From an uncultured Collinsella sp. (GTDB taxonomy: Bacteria; Actinomycetota; Coriobacteriia; Coriobacteriales; Coriobacteriaceae), in assembly GCA_900541875.1 (NCBI GenBank), contig UQLF01000002.1, positions 54,350 to 118,349 of the forward strand: a stretch of 64,000 bases of DNA, read 5' to 3'. The notes beneath the pieces were generated by a model, which did no database searches, was not told the origin of the DNA, and saw only the letters and a program-made list of their open reading frames with translations. The translations under genes were made by a program, and so were the position numbers. This document shows, one piece after another, positions 46,496 to 56,052 of this stretch; positions within the stretch are counted from its first letter, which is position 1, and each line of letters starts with the position of its first letter.

Positions 46496-47461
46496 ATGTG
46501 TACGAGCATTCGATTTACCGATAATTCCGGCCACATGTATCTAGGCCGCAACCTAGACTGGAGCTTTGACTACGGCCAACAGGTTCGCGTGATGCCGCGC
46601 GGGTTCCACGTCCCGTATTCGTTTATCGACGAGGCGTCGGCGGCCCACGCGGTAATCGGCATGTGCATCGATTACAGGAACTATCCCATGTTTTTCGATT
46701 GCGGTAACGATGCGGGTCTGGCTGTGGCGGGGCTCAACTTTCCTGGCTATGCCGAGTATGCCGAGGGCCCTGTCGACGGCAAGAACAATATTGCGGCCTA
46801 TGAGTTTCCCCTGTGGGTGGCAGCGACGTTCTCGACGGTCGATGAGGTCGAGGCCGCGCTGCGCGACACGGTGATTGTCGCCAAATCTGCCGGAGAGGGG
46901 CTGGGCGTGTCGCTGCTCCATTGGATTATCGGCGACAGCCAGCGCAGCATCGTGGTCGAGATGATGGCTGACGGCCTGCATGTATACGACAATCCGGTCG
47001 ACACCCTTGCCAATCAGCCGACTTTCCCGTGGCACATGGAAAACCTGCGCACCTATATCACCGCCACAAGCGATTTTCCGCAGACGGCGACATGGCGTGG
47101 CGCCGAGCTTAAGCCCTATGGAGCCGGTGCCGGCATGCGCGGCATTCCGGGCGATTGCTATTCGCCGAGCCGTTTTGTAAAGGCGGCGTACCTCAATGCC
47201 AATTACCCACAAAAGGAGAGCGAGACCGAAAACGTCGTTCGCATGTTCCGCTCACTCGAGGGCGTGGTGATGATCGAGGGAGCGTCCAGGATGGGCGATG
47301 GCAAGTTCGAGAAGACTATCTACACCGGATGCTTTAGCGCGCGCACGGGCAATTATTACTACGCGATGTATGGGGATCCGTCGATTCGCTACGTGAGCCT
47401 GATGGATGCCGAGGGCGCGAGCCCCGATAGGCTCGTGGTTCCCGAGCCGCGTCGTTCGTAG
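46496..47461 (+). CDS. choloylglycine hydrolase family Ntn-hydrolase (bile salt hydrolase / penicillin V acylase type)
   Basis: Starts MCTSIRF with Cys2 as nucleophile. GRNLDW provides Arg and Asp. RBS AGGAGG before the ATG at 46496. Confidence 0.8.
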   Translation: MCTSIRFTDNSGHMYLGRNLDWSFDYGQQVRVMPRGFHVPYSFIDEASAAHAVIGMCIDYRNYPMFFDCGNDAGLAVAGLNFPGYAEYAEGPVDGKNNIAAYEFPLWVAATFSTVDEVEAALRDTVIVAKSAGEGLGVSLLHWIIGDSQRSIVVEMMADGLHVYDNPVDTLANQPTFPWHMENLRTYITATSDFPQTATWRGAELKPYGAGAGMRGIPGDCYSPSRFVKAAYLNANYPQKESETENVVRMFRSLEGVVMIEGASRMGDGKFEKTIYTGCFSARTGNYYYAMYGDPSIRYVSLMDAEGASPDRLVVPEPRRS

Positions 47462-47489
47462 CTCACTGGTCCGTTGCGACATAAAACGG

Positions 47490-47528
47490 CCTCGCACCTC
47501 TTATGAGATGCGAGGCCGTTGTCGTCAA
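47490..47528. terminator. bidirectional intrinsic terminator (BSH + / kup -)
   Basis: AAAACGGCCTCGCA-N12-TGCGAGGCCGTTGT. Confidence 0.7.
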
Positions 47529-47542
47529 TGGCTGGTGGCGTG

Positions 47543-49789
47543 TTAGAAGTTGGCGTCGTTGAACTGGGTGCTCTCGAGTCCGTCGAGTTGCTGTTCGGGT
47601 GTATCGGCGACGCTCTCGAGCAGCTCGGTGGGATCGACGTTCATGCTCTTGCCGGCCTCGTTGCCGTTGACCAAGTCGTCCGAGAAGATGTCGACCTCCA
47701 TTTCCTCGGCCTCTTCGATCTGAACCTCGAGCGGCACCTGGGTGCGCACAAGTTTGACGGCCGGGCGCATGCGGGCAAAGAGCGGTACGTACTCAATGAT
47801 GATGGCCGAGTTCTCGAGACCGTACCAGCGTGCCGGGCTTCCGCAGGCGCGGCGGACGGCGTACTTGATGGCCATCACGCGGTGGTCATTGCGGTTGATG
47901 TCCGTTTCGGGGGCAAGCATCTTACGCAGCATGCAAAAGCGGAAGTCACCTACGTTGCCGCGCGTCTCGTAGATGGAGTAGGTGTGATGTTGCGGCGGCA
48001 GCTCGCCCGATGCCATCAAGTCGCCAACGATCTGACGCAGATAAGCGTTGACGCGTTGGTTGACTTTAAAGCCCAGGTCCAGGCGCACGCGGAATAAAAA
48101 GTCCGTGCCAAAGGTCTCGACGGAATACTCGTGCGTATAGGGTTCGTCGGTAACGTGCACGTTGATGAACCAATATGCCTTGGCGCGCTTGGGATGTTTG
48201 TCTAGGATGGAATAGAGCACGTCGCGGTCGAGCGTGAGCGGATCGGGGCTGTTGGTGAGGAACACCAGGTTGTCGGCGAGCACGGGGTAGGTCTCGTCGT
48301 TGCGCAGGCGGTTGAGCTGATCGATGTACTTGGAGACGGGCAGCAGGATCGTCTGCGTGCGCTCGATGGCGGTGCCGCGGCGCCACACGTACATAAGGCC
48401 AAACAGCAGTGCGGCCAAGAAGATCATCACATAGCCGCCGTCAAAGAACATGGTGAGGCACGAGGCGAAGAAGCACAGCTCGATGGCACCAAAGAGCAGG
48501 GCGAAGACGCAGGCACCCAGCCTGTGCTTGAGGATGCCGGCGATGTAGCTCGTCAAAAGCGTCGTGGTCATGAGCATGGTCACGGTAATGGCGAGGCCGT
48601 AGGCGCTCTCCATGCGCTCGGAGTTTTGGAACAGCAGCACGATGAAGATGCAGCCGACCCACATGATGTTGTTGACGAGCGGAATATAGAGCTGCCCCTT
48701 GGTGTCGCTGGGGTAGTGGATGCGCAGATGCGGCATAAGGTTGAGACGCGTTGCCTCGGATACCAGCGAGAACGAGCCGGTGATGAGCGCCTGCGAGGCA
48801 ATGATGGCCGCCACGGCCGAAAGCACGATGGCAAAGGGGCGCAGGGGCTCAGGAAGCATCATATAGAACGGGTTGACGATATCCATCGCGAGCATCTGGG
48901 GATTGGAATTGTTGGCGAGCAGCCAAGCGCCCTGACCCAGATAGTTAAGGATGAGGGCCGCCTTTACGAACGGCCAGGATGCGTAAATGTTAGCCTTGCC
49001 CACGTGACCCATGTCCGAATAGAGCGCCTCGGCGCCGGTCGTCGACAGGAAGACGAAGCCGAGCACCATGATGCCCGAGTGGTTGATGGGCGAGAACAGG
49101 AACATGATGCCGCGGATGGGGTTGAGCGCGCGCAGGATGGACAGGTTGCCGAGCATGTTGAACAGGCCGGCGCCAGCCAAGAACAGGAACCACAGCGTCA
49201 TAAGCGGGCCGAACAGCTTGCCGATTGACGAGGTGCCGGCGCGCTGCATGGCAAACAGGCCGCAGATAATGATGATGGTGATGATGATGACGTTGGTCTG
49301 GCCGTCACCCAAAAGCGCATGGCCCCACTCGATAGTGCGCAAGCCCTCGATGGCCGTGGTAACCGTGACGGCGGGGGTGAGGATGCCGTCGGCGAGCAGC
49401 GCCGCGCCGCCGATCATGGCGGGGAGAATCAGCCATGGCGCCACCTTGCGCACGAGACTGAACAGGGCGAAGATGCCGCCTTCGTTGTGGTTGTCGGCCT
49501 TCATGGCGATTACCACGTACTTGACCGTGGTCACGAGCGTCATGGTCCAGATGACGAGCGAAAGCGCGCCCAGGATCATGTCCTCGCTGACGGTACCGAT
49601 GCCGCCGTTGTTGGCGACGATTGATTTCATGGTGTACATGGGGCTCGTGCCGATGTCGCCATAGACGACGCCGAGCGTTACGAGCAGCATGCCAGCGGAG
49701 AGGGGGATGGCTCCGTGCCCGCCTTGCCCGCGCTGGTCTTGGAGGTTTGCCTCCAGTTTGTTGTGTGCCACGAGGACTCCCTTAGACAT
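47543..49789 (-). CDS. kup: KUP/HAK/KT family potassium transporter
   Basis: Signature LGVVYGDIGTSPMY. About 12 TM helices plus a cytoplasmic C-domain. 748 aa. Confidence 0.9.
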   Translation of the reverse strand: MSKGVLVAHNKLEANLQDQRGQGGHGAIPLSAGMLLVTLGVVYGDIGTSPMYTMKSIVANNGGIGTVSEDMILGALSLVIWTMTLVTTVKYVVIAMKADNHNEGGIFALFSLVRKVAPWLILPAMIGGAALLADGILTPAVTVTTAIEGLRTIEWGHALLGDGQTNVIIITIIIICGLFAMQRAGTSSIGKLFGPLMTLWFLFLAGAGLFNMLGNLSILRALNPIRGIMFLFSPINHSGIMVLGFVFLSTTGAEALYSDMGHVGKANIYASWPFVKAALILNYLGQGAWLLANNSNPQMLAMDIVNPFYMMLPEPLRPFAIVLSAVAAIIASQALITGSFSLVSEATRLNLMPHLRIHYPSDTKGQLYIPLVNNIMWVGCIFIVLLFQNSERMESAYGLAITVTMLMTTTLLTSYIAGILKHRLGACVFALLFGAIELCFFASCLTMFFDGGYVMIFLAALLFGLMYVWRRGTAIERTQTILLPVSKYIDQLNRLRNDETYPVLADNLVFLTNSPDPLTLDRDVLYSILDKHPKRAKAYWFINVHVTDEPYTHEYSVETFGTDFLFRVRLDLGFKVNQRVNAYLRQIVGDLMASGELPPQHHTYSIYETRGNVGDFRFCMLRKMLAPETDINRNDHRVMAIKYAVRRACGSPARWYGLENSAIIIEYVPLFARMRPAVKLVRTQVPLEVQIEEAEEMEVDIFSDDLVNGNEAGKSMNVDPTELLESVADTPEQQLDGLESTQFNDANF

Positions 49790-49928
49790 CCGGTTATCTG
49801 TCTAGGACAAAAAACTTTATGCCGTCTTTATACATACAAGAGCAGTTTGGCACATCGGGTTATTTTAGACAATAATCCTCAGCTGGGGATTATTTATCTA
49901 CGCAGGTAGCATTTCAAAGCAGGGGCTT

Positions 49929-50840
49929 TTAAGCACGTACTGTCTGGGCGATGCCAGCCTTGGCGTTTGCGCGTTTGCCGGCGAGTTCGCAAAAAATCGC
50001 GCCGCCGATGATAAGCGCGGCGCCCATCAGACGGACCGGTGTTATGGCTTCGCCCAAAAGGACGGCCGAGAACACGACCGCCGAAAGCGGCTCGAGGTAG
50101 CCGACGACGGCGACGGTCTGGACGGACAGCTTGGCGACGGCGCTAAAGTAGAGCAGGCAACCAATGCCGGTGTTGACGACGCCGAGCATAGCGACGGCGC
50201 GCCAATCAATACTGGCGGCGATACCGGCGGACAGGAATGAGGGAGCGCCCTGCGTGATGAGCGTGAGGACCAGTGCGGTCACAAAGGCGGCGCTCACCTG
50301 GAGCGCGGAGTTCTCGAGGCCCTCGATGTGCGGCGCACCCTTGCTGGCGATGACCATCAATGCATAGCAGAAGGCCGAGGCGATTCCACAGACGATGCCC
50401 GCAATGGGCATATTGCCGCCTAGACCTTGCGCTGCAATGAGAAAAGCACCGCAGGCGACGGCGACAAAGCCGGCGATTTTGCCGCCGGTCAGCTTTTCGC
50501 CAAAGATGAGCGGGGAGAGTGCCATGACAATGATGGGGCCGCAGTAGTACAGCAGCGAGGATACGCCGACGCCGATCGTCTGGTAGGCGCGGAACAGAAA
50601 AATCCAGCTGGCGCCCAGCGCAGCTCCCGAGAGAAGGAGGGCCGCGGCTTCGCGGGGACGAGATGGCGCCTGCAGTTTATGGTGTTGGGTGATGGCGAGG
50701 ATAGTGACAAGCGAGAGGGCGCCCAAAAACGTGCGTAGCAGCACGATATCGGAGCTCGGCAGCGCGATGGCAGCGGCGATGATGCCGTTGGAGCCAAACA
50801 ATAGCAATGCTGCTAAGTACGTAAACAGTCCGTTGTCCAT
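49929..50840 (-). CDS. EamA/DMT family transporter
   Basis: 10-TM protein with duplicated EamA halves. Confidence 0.8.
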   Translation of the reverse strand: MDNGLFTYLAALLLFGSNGIIAAAIALPSSDIVLLRTFLGALSLVTILAITQHHKLQAPSRPREAAALLLSGAALGASWIFLFRAYQTIGVGVSSLLYYCGPIIVMALSPLIFGEKLTGGKIAGFVAVACGAFLIAAQGLGGNMPIAGIVCGIASAFCYALMVIASKGAPHIEGLENSALQVSAAFVTALVLTLITQGAPSFLSAGIAASIDWRAVAMLGVVNTGIGCLLYFSAVAKLSVQTVAVVGYLEPLSAVVFSAVLLGEAITPVRLMGAALIIGGAIFCELAGKRANAKAGIAQTVRA

Positions 50841-50869
50841 GCGCTTCCGTCCCCTCTATATTCGAGCAT

Positions 50870-50886
50870 GTTCACTATGGGTGAAC
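50870..50886. promoter_or_regulatory. LysR-type T-N11-A dyad GTTCAC-TATGG-GTGAAC in the divergent promoter region
   Basis: Perfect 6-bp inverted repeat between the divergent DMT and LysR genes. Confidence 0.45.
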
Positions 50887-50958
50887 TGGTAATAGAAGAA
50901 AAGCGAATATAATGCATGGCTAACATGACAAAAATTCATGTAAAGGTGGAGGCGTGTC

Positions 50959-51816
50959 GTGGAAACGAATATTCAAAAGATGCAGGTGCTGCTGGAGACG
51001 GTGCGCGCCGGAAGCTTTACGCGTGCTGCCGAGCGGTTGAGCTATTCGCAGTCGGGCGTGAGCCGTATGGTGGCCGATCTTGAGGCCGACTGGGGTTTTA
51101 AGGTGCTCGATAGAAGCCGCGAGGGCGTAGTGCTTTCTGCCGATGGGCGGCAAGTTATGCCGGCGATCGAGGCGTTATGCGAGGAATTTGTTCGTTTGCA
51201 GCGACGGGTGGATGAGATGCGTGGACTCATGCGCGGCAAAATCTGCATCGGTACGTTTTCGAGTGTGGCGACCCACGTGCTGCCGCCGGTGATTGCGCGC
51301 TTTCGCGCCGATCATCCGGATGTCGATTACGAGCTGCTGATGGGTGATTACTCCGAGATTGAGCAATGGGTGGCGGAAGGCCGCTGCGACCTGGGCTTTA
51401 TCCCGCGTGAGCCCCGAGAAAACGGCATGGCATCGCGGTCTTTGGTGCGCGACGAGTTGATGGCGGTAGTGCCGGCAGGTTCTTTGCTTGCCACGGCGGA
51501 GGTCGTTTCTCTTGCCGATTTAGCCAACGAGCAGTTTATTCTGCTAGAACGCGGCACCGATGACGAGATTACGCCGCTGTTCCGTCGGGCGGGGCTGACG
51601 GTGTGCTCCAAGCTGTCGACCTGGGATGACTATGCGATTATGGCTATGGTCGAGGACGGCCTGGGTGTGAGCATTCTTCCCGCGCTCATCTTGCGCCGTT
51701 GCCAGTTCGATGTTGCCGTGCGTTCGCTCGAGGGACATCCCCATCGGCAGATCAACGCCATATATCGAACGGCCGATGTTTCACTTGCTGCCGCCCGTTT
51801 CCTCGAATACCTCTAA
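50959..51816 (+). CDS. LysR family transcriptional regulator
   Basis: HTH GSFTRAAERLSYSQSGVSRMVADLE. Confidence 0.85.
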   Translation: METNIQKMQVLLETVRAGSFTRAAERLSYSQSGVSRMVADLEADWGFKVLDRSREGVVLSADGRQVMPAIEALCEEFVRLQRRVDEMRGLMRGKICIGTFSSVATHVLPPVIARFRADHPDVDYELLMGDYSEIEQWVAEGRCDLGFIPREPRENGMASRSLVRDELMAVVPAGSLLATAEVVSLADLANEQFILLERGTDDEITPLFRRAGLTVCSKLSTWDDYAIMAMVEDGLGVSILPALILRRCQFDVAVRSLEGHPHRQINAIYRTADVSLAAARFLEYL

Positions 51817-51840
51817 ACGCGTACACGCTATTGTCCGCTT

Positions 51841-51967
51841 TGGACAAATCTCGGAGTCCGGTACATTTTCTTATGAAATTGAACTATCGAATGAGGTGCC
51901 GCGTTATACTGCTTGCTAAATTGAACCATGGTTCAATTCGTGTTCTATAAATTGAACTTTGCCAGCA
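51841..51967 (+). promoter_or_regulatory. candidate promoter/operator: dyad TTGTCCgctttGGACAA, three AAATTGAAC boxes including the palindrome AATTGAACCATGGTTCAATT, and -35 TTGAAC / -10 TATAAAT
   Basis: Repeats at 51886-51894, 51929-51948 and 51958-51967. They lie directly upstream of the XRE-HTH/aminotransferase gene. Confidence 0.5.
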
Positions 51968-51978
51968 AGGAGGTTCTA

Positions 51979-53499
51979 GTGGCCCAAGAGACGTTTAGCG
52001 ATCGCCTGCGACAGGCTATGTCCGATCGCGACGTTCGCCAGTCGGACGTGATCCGCGCATCGGAGATGCTCGGCAAAAAACTCGGCAAGAGTCAGATGAG
52101 CCAATATGTGAGCGGCAAGACGATCCCGCGGCGCGATGTGGCCGAGCTGCTCGCCCGTATTTTGGAGGTCGATGTTACCTGGCTGCTTGCCGGCGACGCC
52201 GATCAAGGCGAGGCATCATCACCCCGCAAGGATTCCAAGCCCGAACCCCATCCCTCAGCTCAAATTGCAAGGAGCACCACCATGCGTACTTTTTCTAAAT
52301 CCACCAAACTCGACAACGTCCTGTATGACGTGCGCGGTCCCGTCGTCGACGAGGCCGCCCGTATGGAGGACGAGGGCGAGCGCATCCTCAAGCTCAATAT
52401 CGGCAACCCGGCGCCCTTCGGTTTCCGCACGCCCGATGAGGTCATCAAGGACATGCGCCAGCAGCTGCCCGACTGCGAAGGCTATTCCAACTCGCGTGGC
52501 CTGTTCTCCGCGCGCAAGGCGATCATGCAGTATTCGCAGATCAAGGGCCTGCCCAACGTTCAGATGGAGCATATCTACACGGGCAACGGCGTGTCCGAGC
52601 TCATTCAGCTTTCGATGAACGCGCTGCTCGACAATGGCGACGAGATCCTGATTCCCAGTCCCGACTATCCGCTCTGGACGGCGTGCGCAACCCTTGCCGG
52701 CGGTCATCCCGTACATTATCTGTGTGACGAGCAGGCGGATTGGTATCCCGACCTGGAGGATATGGAGTCCAAGATTACGAGTGCGACCAAAGCCCTCGTC
52801 ATCATCAACCCAAACAACCCCACGGGTTCCGTCTATCCGCGCGAGGTGCTCGAGGGCATCGTCGAGATTGCACGCAGGCATCAGCTGATGATCTTTGCCG
52901 ATGAGATCTACGACCGCCTGTGCATGGACGGCTACGAGCACGTCTCGATTGCCTCGCTCGCCCCCGACCTGCCCTGCGTTACCTTTAGCGGTCTGTCCAA
53001 GTCGCACATGATTGCAGGCTATCGTATTGGCTGGATGGTGCTTTCGGGCAACCAGCGCTGCATGAGCGACTTCATCATGGGCGTCAACATGCTCTCGAAC
53101 ATGCGCCTGTGCTCCAACGTGCCGGCTCAGTCGATCGTTCAGACGGCACTCGGTGGCCATCAGTCGGTCAACGACTACATCCGTCCCGGCGGCCGTGTCT
53201 ACGAGCAGCGCAACTTTGTGTATGAGGCGCTCAACAAGATTGACGGCATCTCGGTGGTTAAGCCGCGTGCGGCGTTCTACATCTTCCCCAAGATGGATGT
53301 TAAAAAGTTCAACATCACCGATGACGAGCAATTCGCCCTTGACCTGCTGCACGAGAAGAAGATCCTGATTACGCGCGGCGGCGGCTTCAACTGGGCTGAG
53401 CCCGACCACTTCCGCATCGTGTACCTGCCGCGCATGGAAGTGCTCAAAGAGTCGCTCGAAGACCTCGCCGATTTCTTTGACCATTACCGCCAGGCGTAA
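51979..53499 (+). CDS. XRE-type HTH domain fused in-frame, through a disordered linker, to an AlaA-type class I aminotransferase. An internal RBS+ATG at 52282 could also produce the stand-alone aminotransferase.
   Basis: GTG start at 51979 after AAGGAGG. HTH FSDRLRQAMSDRDVRQSDVIRASEMLGKKLGKSQMSQYVSGKTIP. Linker ADQGEASSPRKDSKPEPHPSAQIARSTT. Then MRTFSKSTKLDNVLYDVRGPV...LNIGNPAPFGF...SGLSKSHMIAGYRIGW, collinear with E. coli AlaA. No stop codon lies between the domains. Confidence 0.7.
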   Translation: MAQETFSDRLRQAMSDRDVRQSDVIRASEMLGKKLGKSQMSQYVSGKTIPRRDVAELLARILEVDVTWLLAGDADQGEASSPRKDSKPEPHPSAQIARSTTMRTFSKSTKLDNVLYDVRGPVVDEAARMEDEGERILKLNIGNPAPFGFRTPDEVIKDMRQQLPDCEGYSNSRGLFSARKAIMQYSQIKGLPNVQMEHIYTGNGVSELIQLSMNALLDNGDEILIPSPDYPLWTACATLAGGHPVHYLCDEQADWYPDLEDMESKITSATKALVIINPNNPTGSVYPREVLEGIVEIARRHQLMIFADEIYDRLCMDGYEHVSIASLAPDLPCVTFSGLSKSHMIAGYRIGWMVLSGNQRCMSDFIMGVNMLSNMRLCSNVPAQSIVQTALGGHQSVNDYIRPGGRVYEQRNFVYEALNKIDGISVVKPRAAFYIFPKMDVKKFNITDDEQFALDLLHEKKILITRGGGFNWAEPDHFRIVYLPRMEVLKESLEDLADFFDHYRQA

Positions 53500-53516
53500 C
53501 GGCAAAGGTAGCCTGT

Positions 53517-53560
53517 AATGAAACGGTCGGCCCGCAACGGATGCGGGCCGACCGTTTTCT
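53517..53560 (+). terminator. intrinsic terminator
   Basis: AAACGGTCGGCCCGC-aacggat-GCGGGCCGACCGTTTTCTG. Confidence 0.8.
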
Positions 53561-53725
53561 GTCTAAGCCCGTGCTGTTAGCGCTTGTCTCGTTGAGCGGG
53601 CGAGGTTCGCGTGTGAGCGGTAAGTTCTATTCCAAAATGGAATACAGTGGGCTTAAGCTGGAATTGATGTCCGGGTACCTGCTTTTCTAGAATGTTTTCA
53701 ACAAGATGAAAGGCGGTTCCAACCA

Positions 53726-54760
53726 ATGATTATCGATGCAAATTCCTACTGGTTCGACGAGCGCATCTTTCATGACGAGACGCTCTGCGAACAGTTTTTG
53801 GCCGAGGTACCCCGCGCCTATGACACCGAAGGCTATCTGACCATGAATTCCGCCGGCAAACGACAGATCGTGATCGAGATGCCCGCCGGTTCTCCGGGTC
53901 TTAACTACATTGAGGGCGACTACACCCTCGAGAAGCGCTTGGCCGATATGGATGAGGCGGGGGTCGACAAGGCGATCCTCAAGCTCCCCGGCTGTCACGA
54001 GTGGATGTCGCTCGAGATGTGCCGGCGTTTCAACGACGGTATGGCTGCTGACGCGAAGGCGTCAAGTGGCCGTCTGATTCCGCTTGTCGCTGTGCCGCCC
54101 TTTGGCACCAAAGCAAATTTGGAGGAGCTCGACCGCAGGCTCGACGATGGTTTTGCGGGTGTGCAGCTCTGCGCTCACTACGGCAAGCGCTATCTCGACG
54201 ACCAGGTCTTCTCGAGTTTTTTCGAGCACCTGAACGAACGCCATGTCACCGTTTACGTGCACCATGTTCCCGTGCCGGTCGAGAACGAGTCGCTTCTCGC
54301 GTACGACAACCTTCGCCGCTCTTATGGCCGCTGCGTCGACCAAACTACGGCGATCGGCCGAGAGATCTTTGGCGATTTCTTTGAGCGCTACCCCAATATC
54401 AAGATGGTCCACTCCATGCTCGGTGGCGCTTATTTTGCGTTTAAGGAGATGCTGCTGCCGCACGGTCCCAAGCGTCCAGATGCCTCGGGTCGCTTCCAGA
54501 CCGATACCGAGACGGTCTCCAAGCGTCTTGAGAACAACGTTTATTTCGACATGTCTCATGCTCAGCCTTGGGGCGAGACGCTTCTTGCCTGTGCGGTTGA
54601 AGTCCTTGGTGCAGACCATATTGTCTTTGGTACGAGTTATCCCGTTAAACGCGAGTGGCTAACAGAGGGTGTCGCCTGCGTCCGCGCCACAGATTTAAGT
54701 GATACGGACAAGGACCTTATGCTTGGCGGCACGGCACAGCGCTTGTACGGCATCGAGTGA
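53726..54760 (+). CDS. amidohydrolase-2 family (PF04909, ACMSD-like) metal-dependent hydrolase/decarboxylase
   Basis: TIM-barrel amidohydrolase blocks MIIDANSYWFDE, VYVHHVPVPVENE and IVFGTSYP. Confidence 0.75.
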   Translation: MIIDANSYWFDERIFHDETLCEQFLAEVPRAYDTEGYLTMNSAGKRQIVIEMPAGSPGLNYIEGDYTLEKRLADMDEAGVDKAILKLPGCHEWMSLEMCRRFNDGMAADAKASSGRLIPLVAVPPFGTKANLEELDRRLDDGFAGVQLCAHYGKRYLDDQVFSSFFEHLNERHVTVYVHHVPVPVENESLLAYDNLRRSYGRCVDQTTAIGREIFGDFFERYPNIKMVHSMLGGAYFAFKEMLLPHGPKRPDASGRFQTDTETVSKRLENNVYFDMSHAQPWGETLLACAVEVLGADHIVFGTSYPVKREWLTEGVACVRATDLSDTDKDLMLGGTAQRLYGIE

Positions 54761-54786
54761 GCGACAGATAAAGGAGGGCGTTCGCC

Positions 54787-56034
54787 ATGGATAAGGGAGA
54801 GATGAAGGCCGGAGCCGCCCGGGTGGCCATTAACTTAGAGGACGTATTGCCGTTCGACGGTTTCGACGCACTCCGTCATGAAATCTTTGCCCGTGCCTTC
54901 GTGGTCGAAGGGATGGGGCGGCGCGCTTGCATCCTTTCACTTGAGGTTACCTCGATCGCTCCGGCCCTACTCGTCGATCTGCGTGAGGTTGTCAAGGATG
55001 TCTCCAATTGCGACGGCGCCTTTTCTTGGGTGGTCCCGACCCACACGTTTTCTGCGCCTCACGTGCGCACCCCTGGGCATCTGGCCGACACCGATGCCCG
55101 CAATCGAAATGAGCGCTATCGTGCCGCGCTCATCGCCGCGACACGCGCGGCCGTTGAGCAGGCGGTTGCGGGCATTCGCTCTGTCACGCTCGCCTCGGCG
55201 GAGGGCTACTGTCCTGTGAACGTTAACCGCGACATTGAGACGCCGGCCGGCTGGTGGCTGGGAGTAGACCCCAAGGGGTTTGCCGACCACGCGATGCCCA
55301 TACTTGTCGCGAGGGATGCCGAGGGCGGGCTCGTTGCCATGCTTGCGACGGCTGATGTCCAGTCTTCCGTGCTCGACGGATCGCACGATTCTCAGGGGAA
55401 GCGCTTGGTGAGCGGGGACCTCTTTGGCTTTGCCGCCACGGCTCTCGAGCGCGAATTGGGCGGAGTCGTGTTGCTGCTGCCCGGTGCCGCGGGCGACCAA
55501 GGTCCGGCGGAGCGCGCCATGAACGTCATGTTCGATGCGGCCGGCGTTAAGCAGACGGTCGATGCCCATGAGGACGGATACCGCATGCTGCACCAGCAGG
55601 GGCAGGCCTTGGGCAATGCTTTGATCGAGGCCGCTCGCATGGCGCGTGAGGATGACGCTACCGGCATCGATGCCCGCACGGTCGACGTTCTCCTGCCCGC
55701 TCAGACACGCGCCGATTTTCACTCTTTGGCTCCGCACCGAACGTATGAGTTTCATGCCGCTGGCGAGCAGCGCACGAGGGTCTATCTGCTCCGGCTGGGA
55801 AACGTCGAGCTTGTCGGCGTACAACCCGAGGTCTCGAGTGCATTCGGCGCCACTGTGCGCGCCGCCCGGTCCGGCTCTGTGTTCTTTGCCACGCTCGTCA
55901 ACGGCGGACAGAAGTACCTACCGGCTCCCGACGCGTACGAAAAAATCACCTATGAGGCTATGAACTCCGGTTTTGCCGCCGGATCCCATGAGCGCCTCGT
56001 CGAAATCATCATTGCCGCCTTGAATGCGGCGTGA
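54787..56034 (+). CDS. neutral/alkaline ceramidase N-terminal-domain-like hydrolase (PF04734-like), cytoplasmic
   Basis: Block RHEIFARAFVVEGMGRRACILSLEV resembles the ceramidase GIHMRQWARAFVIEE...LVYVNTDL block. It is a paralogue of the next gene. Confidence 0.45.
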   Translation: MDKGEMKAGAARVAINLEDVLPFDGFDALRHEIFARAFVVEGMGRRACILSLEVTSIAPALLVDLREVVKDVSNCDGAFSWVVPTHTFSAPHVRTPGHLADTDARNRNERYRAALIAATRAAVEQAVAGIRSVTLASAEGYCPVNVNRDIETPAGWWLGVDPKGFADHAMPILVARDAEGGLVAMLATADVQSSVLDGSHDSQGKRLVSGDLFGFAATALERELGGVVLLLPGAAGDQGPAERAMNVMFDAAGVKQTVDAHEDGYRMLHQQGQALGNALIEAARMAREDDATGIDARTVDVLLPAQTRADFHSLAPHRTYEFHAAGEQRTRVYLLRLGNVELVGVQPEVSSAFGATVRAARSGSVFFATLVNGGQKYLPAPDAYEKITYEAMNSGFAAGSHERLVEIIIAALNAA

Positions 56035-56052
56035 CACAGAAGGAGAACGTGC

